Positions 1-9,331 of a stretch of DNA of 64,000 nucleotides are shown here, in pieces (position 1 is the stretch's first letter; each line of letters begins with the position of its first letter). A program made the translations under genes and the position numbers. Below the pieces are notes generated by a model. That model was not told the DNA's origin. It ran no database searches and worked only from the letters and a program-made list of their open reading frames with translations. The stretch covers positions 124,001 to 188,000 of the forward strand of contig BROI01000019.1 of NCBI GenBank assembly GCA_027923505.1. Direction: 5' to 3'. The DNA comes from Mayamaea pseudoterrestris (taxonomy: Eukaryota).

Positions 1-75
1 GTGGAGCAGTTTACCGAGGGCGTTTCCGCCAAGATGCTTACCGTCGACTCCTTTCACACCGTCAACATTCAACGC
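1..75 (+). mobile_element. C-terminal tail of a probable tyrosine recombinase (DIRS-order retrotransposon); ORF enters from the left edge
   Basis: Frame 1 reads VEQFTEGVSAKMLTVDSFHTV, which resembles, from recall, the segment following the GRWxSDAF..YIR motif in diatom DIRS-type YR proteins. The catalytic motif itself lies outside the window. It is followed by the split repeat. Confidence 0.55.
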
Positions 76-76
76 C

Positions 77-103
77 ACCAACAACAACAACAACATCAAC
101 AAC
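77..103 (+). repeat. (CAA)n microsatellite
   Basis: caacaacaacaacaacaacatcaacaa. Confidence 0.8.
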
Positions 104-171
104 CTCATTACATTTCCGATCAAACAGAACAACGGACGCTCCCATGCCATGGGACCACGTTGCCCATCGCC

Positions 172-712
172 TTCAACGCGCCCGCCCACGCTCCCCCGCC
201 ATCAATGGCACAGCAGCAGCTTCTGCAGCTGACGAGTGATCGCGCTTTACCGCCGATCAGTCACTGTGTTCAGTGGGGGAGGCTTTGGTTCCGACACATT
301 AGCTAAACCAAAGTTTTCTGCAAGCGCCAGCTTCTTCATGTAGTTAATGAGGAATCTGTTTTGAGCCTGGTTCTTTTGGGATTCTGGATTGGTCGAAATG
401 AGAGGTGGTGCTTTCAGGATTCCAAGTTCCTTCAAGCCACGCCAGCGGCGTTCGCAGCGAACAGCCTCTTCAATCTTTCCTTGTTCTTCGGTTCGGAGTG
501 GCGCATGTCCCGCGGGGCATTCACTGACAACTCCGAACTAGTCGTGGTCATCCGGAACAATGACCTTGATCGTGGATGACCATTTGGCCGCAAAGCACAC
601 GCAACACACCAACAACGAACCAGTCTGCTCCTTTGATTGTTGTTGTTGCTGCAGCTCATAATTCCTGGATCACCCCGAGTCTCCCGTCGAGACCAGTAAT
701 TATAGATTTTTA
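172..712 (+). repeat. Terminal repeat region, block B (~172-373) then block A (373-712), of the putative YR retrotransposon
   Basis: Reverse-complement matches: 211-348 to 8401-8542, 346-373 to 7294-7321, 373-460 to ~8818-8907, ~650-712 to ~8570-8630. Confidence 0.9.
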
Positions 713-730
713 AGTCTTCCTCCCATCAAG

Positions 731-1576
731 ATGTCTTCCAACTGGCTCTCCTACTACTCGGACCCGAGTCGCAATCGCCGCGTTCTTCCTCCGCTCTACA
801 ACGGACTCGCTCAAACCATCATGACGTTCCAAGAGCACAAGGTCGAGAGCTCCTTGGAGAAGCTCTTTGCAACTCCCGCGACTCCAGTTGCTCTCATTTC
901 TTTTGATGGAGACAAGATTGGAGTGCATGTGGCTCACCATTTCACGTTCGCTCCCAAGGATCAAAGCAACCCTCGCAACGCGTCAACGTTGTTTGCCTTC
1001 CTCGGTCACAAGGCCTCCGCTCCGGTCACTTTGATTGACGTCAAGACTCTTGAGCTTGTTACCAACAAGGCGACGCCTGTCTACACGCCTCTGGGCGAGG
1101 TTCTGTTCGATTTGAAGAACTTGGAGCGTCCAGTCCTCGAGGAATTGCTCAAGCTCGAAACCAACGTTTTGTCGCCTCTTGTTTCGCCCGCCTGCTTTCC
1201 CATCCCGCCACTTGCCATTGAGGCCATTGCCAAGCACGGTCCATACGATATTGAAGGCATCCTTTCAGCCTTTATGTCAACCTTGTGTACTTGGCCCACT
1301 CAGTATGCCTCTGTGGTCTCTACAGTCGACGTCTACCACAACGCCTTTCCCTTTGCTCAATTCCTTTGGTGGGCGTTGAAGGTGACCAGCAATTCGGACT
1401 TGTCTTCGGCCGACGAGGCGATACTTAAGTCCCTTCCTGGTTTGCCTACCATTTTGGACGCCGACTCCATTCCAGCGGCAACCCTCGAAGATCTTGCCGA
1501 GCACGCCAAGTTTGCCAACATCCCCTTTATCCACGCGACCACGAAGACGATGGAACTTGGAATTCTCGTCCGTTGA
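731..1576 (+). CDS. Putative gag-like ORF1 of the YR retrotransposon, probably 3'-truncated
   Basis: 281-aa intronless ORF starting ~20 nt after block A; no recognisable host domain; assignment rests on position. Confidence 0.45.
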   Translation: MSSNWLSYYSDPSRNRRVLPPLYNGLAQTIMTFQEHKVESSLEKLFATPATPVALISFDGDKIGVHVAHHFTFAPKDQSNPRNASTLFAFLGHKASAPVTLIDVKTLELVTNKATPVYTPLGEVLFDLKNLERPVLEELLKLETNVLSPLVSPACFPIPPLAIEAIAKHGPYDIEGILSAFMSTLCTWPTQYASVVSTVDVYHNAFPFAQFLWWALKVTSNSDLSSADEAILKSLPGLPTILDADSIPAATLEDLAEHAKFANIPFIHATTKTMELGILVR

Positions 1577-1659
1577 AAACTGTTGAAAAACGTCGATGGC
1601 GCGGCGCGCGCTAGCGGCGCGGTCCCCTCACCTCATTCTTCGTTCAAGCAGTGAGCACC

Positions 1660-2667
1660 ATGATGGCGACTATGAACATGCTGCCGCCACCAAACCGAAT
1701 ATCTCGACAATTCCTGGCGTATTTAGCAGCTCTTTGGATAGTCTCTGATATTTATGGAAACGTAACAGCGTTTTCCATCCAAACGTCGCGGCGAAACCGT
1801 GGCAGTGCCATGCAAATCATCAAGAGCCAGTCTCTTCTGCATCATCGACGACGACTACTCATTACTCCTCTATATTCCACTCCCACCAATAATAATGACG
1901 ACGACAAAGACTCTAGAAAAAACAATAATGATAAAACTCAACAACAACAACCATCACCAATCGACGTTTCCGTGGACGCTCGCTTGACGCGCGTGCGACT
2001 GTCGCGCGCCATGGGCATTGACTGGGGCACGGACCTTTCCTTTTCGTTCGTCTATGTGCGCGCCATGGACCCCAATGGAGATGCCTACATGTCGAAGCGA
2101 GTGCGCGTCGGTGATCAGCTATGCGAAATGACGCCAGTGAGTAGTCAAAGTGCAGTTGCTGCTCCAGTCAATCTCGTGGGCGCACCCTTTGACTTTGTCA
2201 TGGAAAGTTTTGCAACATTGGATAAAACGATCCAGCAAGTGGACTTGGTCTTTTTTAGAGGCACCAAGGATGAACTCAAAGCCTTGGTCACTGGCCAGCC
2301 TGTTTCTACGACCAACGAAGACTTGATTACCGTCACTGTCATTCAAGACAAGGGCTCGCCGCAGGAAACGACGCGACAACTGCAAGCACCGCGCGGCACC
2401 AATCTGCGCCAACTCTTGGTGGACAACCAAATCAACGTTTACCAGTCACTCACGCGCTGGACCAACTGCAAGGGCAAGCAGCTATGCGGAACATGCATTG
2501 TCAATGTCACTGACGGAAGCATGCAAACGAACCGCAAAAGCATGGACGAAGCGTCGACGCTGCGCGAGAATCCAAACTCGTATCGTCTGAGTTGCGTCAC
2601 GTTTTGCTACGGAAACGTGCAAGTGGAAACCTTTCCGCCCGTGCAAGTGTCGCAGTGGACGAGGTGA
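1660..2667 (+). CDS. Plastid-targeted PDZ + 2Fe-2S ferredoxin-domain protein
   Basis: Signal peptide ending VTA-F; PDZ-like RAMGIDW...VRVGDQL; ferredoxin cysteines NCKGKQLCGTC...YRLSC. Confidence 0.8.
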   Translation: MMATMNMLPPPNRISRQFLAYLAALWIVSDIYGNVTAFSIQTSRRNRGSAMQIIKSQSLLHHRRRLLITPLYSTPTNNNDDDKDSRKNNNDKTQQQQPSPIDVSVDARLTRVRLSRAMGIDWGTDLSFSFVYVRAMDPNGDAYMSKRVRVGDQLCEMTPVSSQSAVAAPVNLVGAPFDFVMESFATLDKTIQQVDLVFFRGTKDELKALVTGQPVSTTNEDLITVTVIQDKGSPQETTRQLQAPRGTNLRQLLVDNQINVYQSLTRWTNCKGKQLCGTCIVNVTDGSMQTNRKSMDEASTLRENPNSYRLSCVTFCYGNVQVETFPPVQVSQWTR

Positions 2668-2819
2668 ATGAGAGTGGGCGTATGGTCAGTACTACTTAAT
2701 GATGGTATTGCTCAATGCTGACAAGCACAATTGTCTGGCTTTAGCTTGTATACAAAAAGTTTGTATGCAAATCGTTGTTATGTATGCATGTGTGTTTAGA
2801 TTGGTGCTCGCCGCCATTG

Positions 2820-3298
2820 CTACTTTGCCGCTGCATTTTTCGTCAGTCGGACAACTTCACTGCCATCGTCCGCTTCCTGCGGCACGAGTGGGTCATCCTC
2901 ATCGGCATGTTCATCGTACGCCTCGCTCAAGTCTTGGTGGTCAAACGAAGAAGAATGATGCTGCATTTTGTTGACAGTTTCCACTTTGCGTTTGCGCTGG
3001 AATCGTCTGTTTATAATGTGTGTTGGAATGTGACAAAGAAGTGAGCATCAAGAGCCAGGAGCCAGAAATGGACAAAGGGGAAGCAACTTTTTTACTGCCC
3101 CTCTTTGTTGAACTCATCATCCACCAAAACATACACTGGCTTCACACAATCTACTAAATCATTCATAAATTTCACTCACCGAAAGAACCTTTGCACATTG
3201 TCCGTGGTGCGCTGATAGCAAAAGGCTGCGAGTCGCTTCACGAGGTCAAAAACGTCGTCATGCACCGCCACTTCCTGCGACGACGGCAATGGAGGCAT
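2820..3298 (-). CDS. Small two-exon hypothetical protein (~101 aa) not shown in the ORF track
   Basis: Exon 3298-3180 (MPPLPSSQEVAVHDD...QRFFR), intron 3179-3007 (GTGAGT..AAACAG), exon 3006-2820 stays in frame (RFQRKRKVE...DEHADEDD...AAAK*). Confidence 0.55.
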
Positions 3299-3557
3299 GT
3301 TTTTCACAAAAACGTATAGAAAGTAATTGATGTACTATCTGTAAGGCACTGCATCGCCATGTGCAAGGGCCAACTCGGCCAAAGAACGGATGCACGATCA
3401 AAGGCAAAAAAGTCATCCGCGTGAATACCGGTTTTGCTCGTAACGGTACCCCAACGGAGATGTTGGTAACGGTACGACACCTCTTCACGCCGACTTTTGC
3501 GACTCGGGCATTCACAACACACACGGCCAAGCCCACTCAACAACTTGGCTTTTCATC

Positions 3558-5096
3558 ATGTCGGAACCATTTTGCGTGACAGAGTCAGCAGCAGCACAAG
3601 ATGTGTCAACTGTCGCATGGAACGTCCATCAAGCGGTGGAAACGCTGCGCCAACTCGACCTCCAAGACGTTCCTGCCATGCGCCGCACGTTGCGCGGCTT
3701 GGATCGCGCCACGATCGATTTGGTGACTCATTTGCAAAACTACAATACCCCGGAATGTCCCGTCGTCTTGCCCGACTACTACCACGTGGATGTGCAGCAT
3801 ATATTGGCTCGTCCGTACGTACCCGACGAGCAGGCGCAAATACTGCTGGCCAATGTCTTGAGTCGACTCGCACCCTTTCTGCAGCTGTCGCCCGACAATT
3901 TAAATACGCTACTGTCGCTACTAGTGTCGTGGGTGCCACGCGCGGAGCTGCAGGTGGCGTGGCTGCAGCTACTGGTGCACGCGGGGCATATTGCGTGGGA
4001 AACGCAGGCGGGAGTGGCAAACGTGTTGACGGCGGAACATGGTGGTGCTTTGGCTGCGACGCGCAACACTAGCAGCAGCAATCCGTGTCCGTGGTTTGAG
4101 CGGCTGTTTCTGCTGCTCCAGCGCGTTTTGAATGAGCAGGTGCCGCAATGGTCCGTGAAGGAAGCCAAGAGTAAGGAGCATGCCGCATTGGTGCTGTGGC
4201 GGGGATGTATCATTCGCGTGTTGAACGTCATTTCGCAAATGTATCGATCGCAAGCGACAATGGCCGTTGACACTGCGGCTGGAAACGGTTTCGATCAGAT
4301 AGACATGTTGACGTGGATGTTCAACTGGCTGGCGAGTCATTTGCAGTCCTCCGCGACCCAGCCTCCGCTTCAAACACTTGAAATTCGATGCTCCAACCTT
4401 TTAAAATTGACTGGTCGTTTCGCGCAGCAAATGGTGGAATATGCCATGGACGCGCTCGATGGTGCCTTGATTGCAGCAACGCAGCAGCAGCAAGATGAAG
4501 ATGACGCTGATGCATCTGCAAACACCTATTGGGCCATGCACCAAGCCATGTATCATTTTGAATCCGCCGTCTACGTGTTGCAGCTGACGGCCGAGTGGAA
4601 GATTGTGCCAGACCTTGCAAGTACGCTGGAAGCCATGTGGAAGCAATGCTCGCAGGCGTTTATTGGTCAAGACGAAGATGGCGTCGTTGCGCGCGTGTTG
4701 CTGCAAGTGGCGACGCAGTATCTGGAAATCGCGGCGGCCACGAGCATTGGTGGGACGGAGAATGGAAGCATTCCATTGGACATGCCCGTCTTTATTCTCA
4801 CACTCTTTCGCGCTGTGGAATCGTGTCCTTCTGCATTGTTAGAAGCAAAATTGCTTTGGAGCGTGCTTGCATCGCAATTGAAGGAGTCCAAGTGCAAGGA
4901 CGTAAGGTCGGCGGTGCAACTCGTTCTTTTCTCACTTTCGACTGAGCTTGTCGGTAACGCAGCTGACGACCCTGTCAAGGTTGAGCTTGGTAACAAGTTT
5001 CTCCGACTGATGAATACTATCCGGGATGACATTGAGAACGAAGGAGACGAGTGGGACGCGTACTTTATGCGTCGCTTCACGAATGAGCAACAGTAA
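3558..5096 (+). CDS. Hypothetical alpha-helical protein (512 aa)
   Basis: Long ORF with Leu/Ala-rich helical composition. Confidence 0.75.
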   Translation: MSEPFCVTESAAAQDVSTVAWNVHQAVETLRQLDLQDVPAMRRTLRGLDRATIDLVTHLQNYNTPECPVVLPDYYHVDVQHILARPYVPDEQAQILLANVLSRLAPFLQLSPDNLNTLLSLLVSWVPRAELQVAWLQLLVHAGHIAWETQAGVANVLTAEHGGALAATRNTSSSNPCPWFERLFLLLQRVLNEQVPQWSVKEAKSKEHAALVLWRGCIIRVLNVISQMYRSQATMAVDTAAGNGFDQIDMLTWMFNWLASHLQSSATQPPLQTLEIRCSNLLKLTGRFAQQMVEYAMDALDGALIAATQQQQDEDDADASANTYWAMHQAMYHFESAVYVLQLTAEWKIVPDLASTLEAMWKQCSQAFIGQDEDGVVARVLLQVATQYLEIAAATSIGGTENGSIPLDMPVFILTLFRAVESCPSALLEAKLLWSVLASQLKESKCKDVRSAVQLVLFSLSTELVGNAADDPVKVELGNKFLRLMNTIRDDIENEGDEWDAYFMRRFTNEQQ

Positions 5097-5173
5097 TAAC
5101 GACAAGTAGGTGACGCTTTAATTTAATATGGAACAACGTAGGAGTATATTTAATCTTTATATGCGTGCCGTTA

Positions 5174-7195
5174 TCAAGCAGTAGCCATAGGCATCATGGC
5201 AAAAAAGCGATTTGCAATCGCTGTCAAAGGTTGTCCCGACATCCAATTATTTCCGTCATTGCCCGTTCGTCGACGCAGTTCCTCGGCAATTTGTTCATTC
5301 TGTAGCCGAATGGCCCACTGCAAGGGAGTGTAACCATTCCCAGCTTCAACATTCAATGGAGCTCCATAATGATCCAGCACGGCGAGTGCCGGTACTGCGT
5401 TGCTTCCCGCGCAAAAGTGTGCCGCCGTCCACCCGTTCTTGTCTTTGCGACTTACATTGCAAAGGCCGCCATCAGCTCCTTCATCATCCGTATCAGCTTC
5501 TTGGCTCGCGACGACTGGAGTGGCATTGAATGCCTCTACGCTACTACCGGTAGTAGTTAGCTTGATGCTGTCGTCTTCGCTAATGCCTCGACATAAAAAG
5601 TTGAGCACTTGCGTCGATCCATAAAACGCGGCAGCATGCAAGGCGCACGTTTCGCTTCCATCGCTCCCCAAATAAAAGCCGTCCACGTCCAGCGACTGAA
5701 CCAAGTCCTTGACAACATGAAACGTTTCGTCCGACCGACAGGCATCCAAAAATGTGCGCGTCAATTGTTCCTGCTCCTCCGGAGTCAAGCAGTCGAATCG
5801 TGCCTTGCGTTGATCCTTGATCATGGAACACACCTGCGTTTGTGCCTGGCGAATGGTGCGAACGTAGGATCCAAAGCAGCCACTGACGCAGGTCACTGAC
5901 TCATCGCATGATAATGTGATTGCATTTGGTGCGACCCCTCCACCGTCATTATGCAAAGTGTTTGTCTTCATTTCAATTTGGTGAACATGCTCGTAGGCAG
6001 CTTGCATGCGCCGAAACAAAGGACTCCTTTCCATAAGAACGCGTCGAAGCTCTTGTACTCCCATGGCCAAGGAGTTTGTGGCGTGTTGTTGACTACTCAT
6101 ATCAACGCGCTCACCATTGGGCGCATCCGGTGCGTTCAAAAGTGATTCCGCATGACCATCACTAGCAGCAGTCGCATTCTCCGTTACTGTTGCGTGATTC
6201 GTATGCATCGTCTTGGCGGCCCCCATGAGGCTTCCGACAAAGCCAAGCTTGAGCAAAACGTGCGAAAACTCGGCATGCTGCTCCAAGTAGACGAGCGCCT
6301 CGGACGCCTCCGCTCCCGTTAATGCTGCCGCCGCGGCTCCTCCCAAGACTGCCATGAGCAAGGCCGCCTTGGCCAAGTTGCGCGGGTCTGGTGCAGATTC
6401 CATCATGTGATGCTCCTTGAGAAAGGATTGGACGCGATGGGACAGCGAATTTTGGGAAGATGAGCCAGTTAGATTTTGGTTGGAGACATGTCTGTCACTA
6501 TATTGCTTTAACATTGCTTCCGCTTGATGCCTGTCCAGTTGAGCGAGCCGGGTAATGACAGCAGTCTCGTCCCTGCGCCCGTGATTCTGGTTGTTGACTG
6601 CTCGTTCCAGCTGCAGTTGCAAATGCCGGTAGCATGTTGCGTTTGGCTTGCGGGCCGTTTCGGAAAAGGCAGCCATGGACTTGAGATCCAAAAAGGTTAC
6701 AACATGACTCAAGACATCGTCTTGTCGAAGAATGGGACAGGTGCTTGTTGACATTTCTGCATGACTAGCTCCATGATTTGTTGCAGCAGCTTCCATGCAA
6801 GAACCAGCAGCTGCTGAAGCTATTGTTGTATCGTCCTGGTCATCATCCAGCAACCAAAGACTCAATAAATCATTCGTCGAACTAAATATATCATCTCCCT
6901 GCGACGAATTTATCGACTGCGCGTCCTGCTCGGACTGAATGGAAAAGTAGCATGAGGAAACCCGTCGGAGCTCGTGCTCAATGGCTGGCAGTAGCGATAA
7001 GTTGCTCTTGGTCAATGGATAGAATGTAGCTTCGTTTGCAGCAGTACTGCAACCATTTTCATCTCGATTCGCAAACTCATCCAATGGCTCGTTGGCCGAC
7101 GGCGCTCCATCATCTGCCTGCTGACGCGAAAAGCCTTTGTCGGCTGGAGATGCGGCTTCGCCGTCAATCGACTGCTCGAGGCTACTGCTTTGCAT
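5174..7195 (-). CDS. Ankyrin-repeat protein with F-box-like segment and hydrophobic central helices
   Basis: ANK motifs CALHAAAFYG, GWTAAHFCAG, GYTPLQWA; F-box-like DDVLSHVVTFLDLKSM; first ATG at 7195. Confidence 0.8.
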   Translation of the reverse strand: MQSSSLEQSIDGEAASPADKGFSRQQADDGAPSANEPLDEFANRDENGCSTAANEATFYPLTKSNLSLLPAIEHELRRVSSCYFSIQSEQDAQSINSSQGDDIFSSTNDLLSLWLLDDDQDDTTIASAAAGSCMEAAATNHGASHAEMSTSTCPILRQDDVLSHVVTFLDLKSMAAFSETARKPNATCYRHLQLQLERAVNNQNHGRRDETAVITRLAQLDRHQAEAMLKQYSDRHVSNQNLTGSSSQNSLSHRVQSFLKEHHMMESAPDPRNLAKAALLMAVLGGAAAAALTGAEASEALVYLEQHAEFSHVLLKLGFVGSLMGAAKTMHTNHATVTENATAASDGHAESLLNAPDAPNGERVDMSSQQHATNSLAMGVQELRRVLMERSPLFRRMQAAYEHVHQIEMKTNTLHNDGGGVAPNAITLSCDESVTCVSGCFGSYVRTIRQAQTQVCSMIKDQRKARFDCLTPEEQEQLTRTFLDACRSDETFHVVKDLVQSLDVDGFYLGSDGSETCALHAAAFYGSTQVLNFLCRGISEDDSIKLTTTGSSVEAFNATPVVASQEADTDDEGADGGLCNVSRKDKNGWTAAHFCAGSNAVPALAVLDHYGAPLNVEAGNGYTPLQWAIRLQNEQIAEELRRRTGNDGNNWMSGQPLTAIANRFFAMMPMATA

Positions 7196-7293
7196 TTTCT
7201 TGTTTCCTATTTTTGCTTTCAAAAGCTCCTAGACTCGATTACACTCGACTCATTAATTAAGCAGATTGTCTTGGTCGTGGATGTTCATGGAGC

Positions 7294-8907
7294 GAACGAG
7301 GCTCAAAACAGATTCCTCATTAGAGTGTCCTCGCTGACGATTTCATGTTGCATGTCGTGTCGCATGTTCACGAACTTTGCCACGTCATAAATGTCAAAAG
7401 AGTCATCAAAGCACATGCGCCATTTGTTGCCACTCGGCGCGCGCCTCGAATCGTTCGATGCTGCACGTCAACACCCGTTCGCCCCTCGTGCCTCTCGGCC
7501 TCTCGGGACCACCACTTGGCTGCTGCTTGACTGCAAGCAATTGAGTGGTTGTAAACCATTCTACGGCTTTATGATATTGCTTTGATGATGTTCAGTTGAG
7601 TCCTAGCCCTTGATGGCTTCTCCTTTGGCATGCATGCTGCCTCATCACTCGCGCACAGCGCACAGTATAATAATGGACTTTTCACCATCAGACTACTATC
7701 TTACATACTGCAATTTATAATAGACAAAACGTTTGGACTACAAGATGAATTATTTCAGTCTCTGCAGTAGCATATGTACTGGAGCCATAACGGCAGTTGC
7801 ACCGCACGACGACACGACGACACCGTTCGCAGACAGGACCAAAGCCAACTGCAAGCTCCAACGGGATCATGACCAGCAGACTGCGTTTTTCCAAAGCATA
7901 TGCCTCCTTTGTTTATAACAAAGTATTTGGCTGTCCCTTGGTGAGAAATAATGGCAGTTGATGCGGCAAAGGAGCGTTCACGACGAGACGGCGAGCGACG
8001 AGCGACTCGTCCGCGCGATGACACCGTGGAAGTCGAAAATCACGACACGAAAGTGGCCAAAGTTTGACCAGCCACAAGCAGGTCCAAACAAGACCAAACC
8101 AAAACCTTTTGTGATTTACTTGTACCTCAAGACTTTGATTATCTATAAATCATAGTAGCATAGTGATATTCCATCTAATAGTCAAGTTATGGTAGGAGCA
8201 AAGGATGCAACATGGAGGCTGCTCGTGTCCGAGTTGGTTTTTGAAGTCTGACATTTCGACGCAAAATGTCGCGCATTGGGGCGCATTAGGGATAGAGGAT
8301 ACGACATGAAGTCGAACATTCGTGTGATGACTCATCACGGTTCACAAATACGTCATCACAACATTGACATGCGACACGACATCGCCAGCGAGGACACTCT
8401 ATTAACTACATGAAGAAGCTGGCGCTTTGCAGAAAACTTTGGTTTAGCTAATGTGTTGGGACCAAAGCCTCCCCCACTGGACAGAGCAGTGAATGATCGG
8501 CGGTAAAGCGCGATCACTCGTCAGCTGCAGATGCTGCTGCTGAGCCCAGGGATGGGATGGGTGGGTGTTTAAGTCTATATTTACTGGTTTCGACGGGAGA
8601 CTCGGGGTGAATCAGGAAATAATGAGTGCAACAAAAGCAACAAAAGTGTTGTTGCTGCTCGAGTGAAAGGCATCCAAACAGTCATAGCGGTCGTGGAAAG
8701 TTTCAAGTGACCGAACAAGTGACTGTGACCGTTCGGAGTTGCCCAAGAGTGAGCCGTAATGAATTCCGGGGAACATGCCGTTGGGGCACGGAGAATCTAA
8801 AATGCCGAAATGATATTGATCGCTGGGAACGCCACTGACGTGGCTTGAAGGAACTTGGAATCCGAAAGCACCACTTCTCAATTTCGACCAATCCAGAATC
8901 CCAAAAG
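7294..8907 (-). mobile_element. Diverged solo A-B copy of the YR-retrotransposon terminal repeats, interrupted by a TIR element
   Basis: The minus strand reads block A (8907 to ~8570) then block B (~8566-8401 plus 7321-7294); ~532 bp after removing the insert and one TSD. Confidence 0.8.
7322..8400. mobile_element. Non-autonomous TIR DNA transposon (MITE-like, 1079 bp, 3-bp TSD ATT; PIF/Harbinger-like)
   Basis: TIR AGAGTGTCCTCGCTG(A/G)CGAT..GTCGTGTCGCATGT at both ends; ATT at 7319-7321 and 8401-8403; empty site GATTCCTC-ATT-AACTACA on the minus strand at ~339-356. Confidence 0.9.
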
Positions 8908-9331
8908 CACTGTGTGCCCCGAAGAACGCATTCCCTCGACCTCCATCGTGACACCCGGCCTGCTGCTGACGTAGGCATGCAAGTGTGTCGCGGTGTGACA
9001 GATGGGACATATGTCGCAACGTCACTCCCTCATCGACGAGCCGTTGAAACGGCTCGAGCACAAAATTTTTGCGCGCTTTTGTTCATCAAACATCGTCGTC
9101 GCTTCTTGCCTTGTTGCTGGTGATCTTGCGGAAAGTAATAGGCTGCTCTTGTCATCGACAGTAGTTTGCTGGTATCTTGCAAAAAGGAGAAAATTATTTA
9201 GTCAGCAACACTATTTTCAGTTGGAACGTATCGCTGCTCCATCGTCACGCTGCTGTCACCTCTACTACTTGCAAATTGTAGCAGCGCACCCTTGAAAGAC
9301 ACTTGAAAGAGTCAAACGACACAATATCATT

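Noticed and set aside
229..275. CTGACGA plus a hairpin as a hammerhead ribozyme core
   Set aside because: No GAAA follows the stem and no stem III/NUH cleavage site could be built
7320..8402. TA target duplication (Tc1/mariner) for the TIR element
   Set aside because: A TA model predicts the empty site CATTATTAAC, but the observed empty site is CATTAAC, which fits ATT
8612..9123. Several 70-150 aa ORFs
   Set aside because: They lie largely in the decayed terminal repeat and are not preserved in the copy at 373-712
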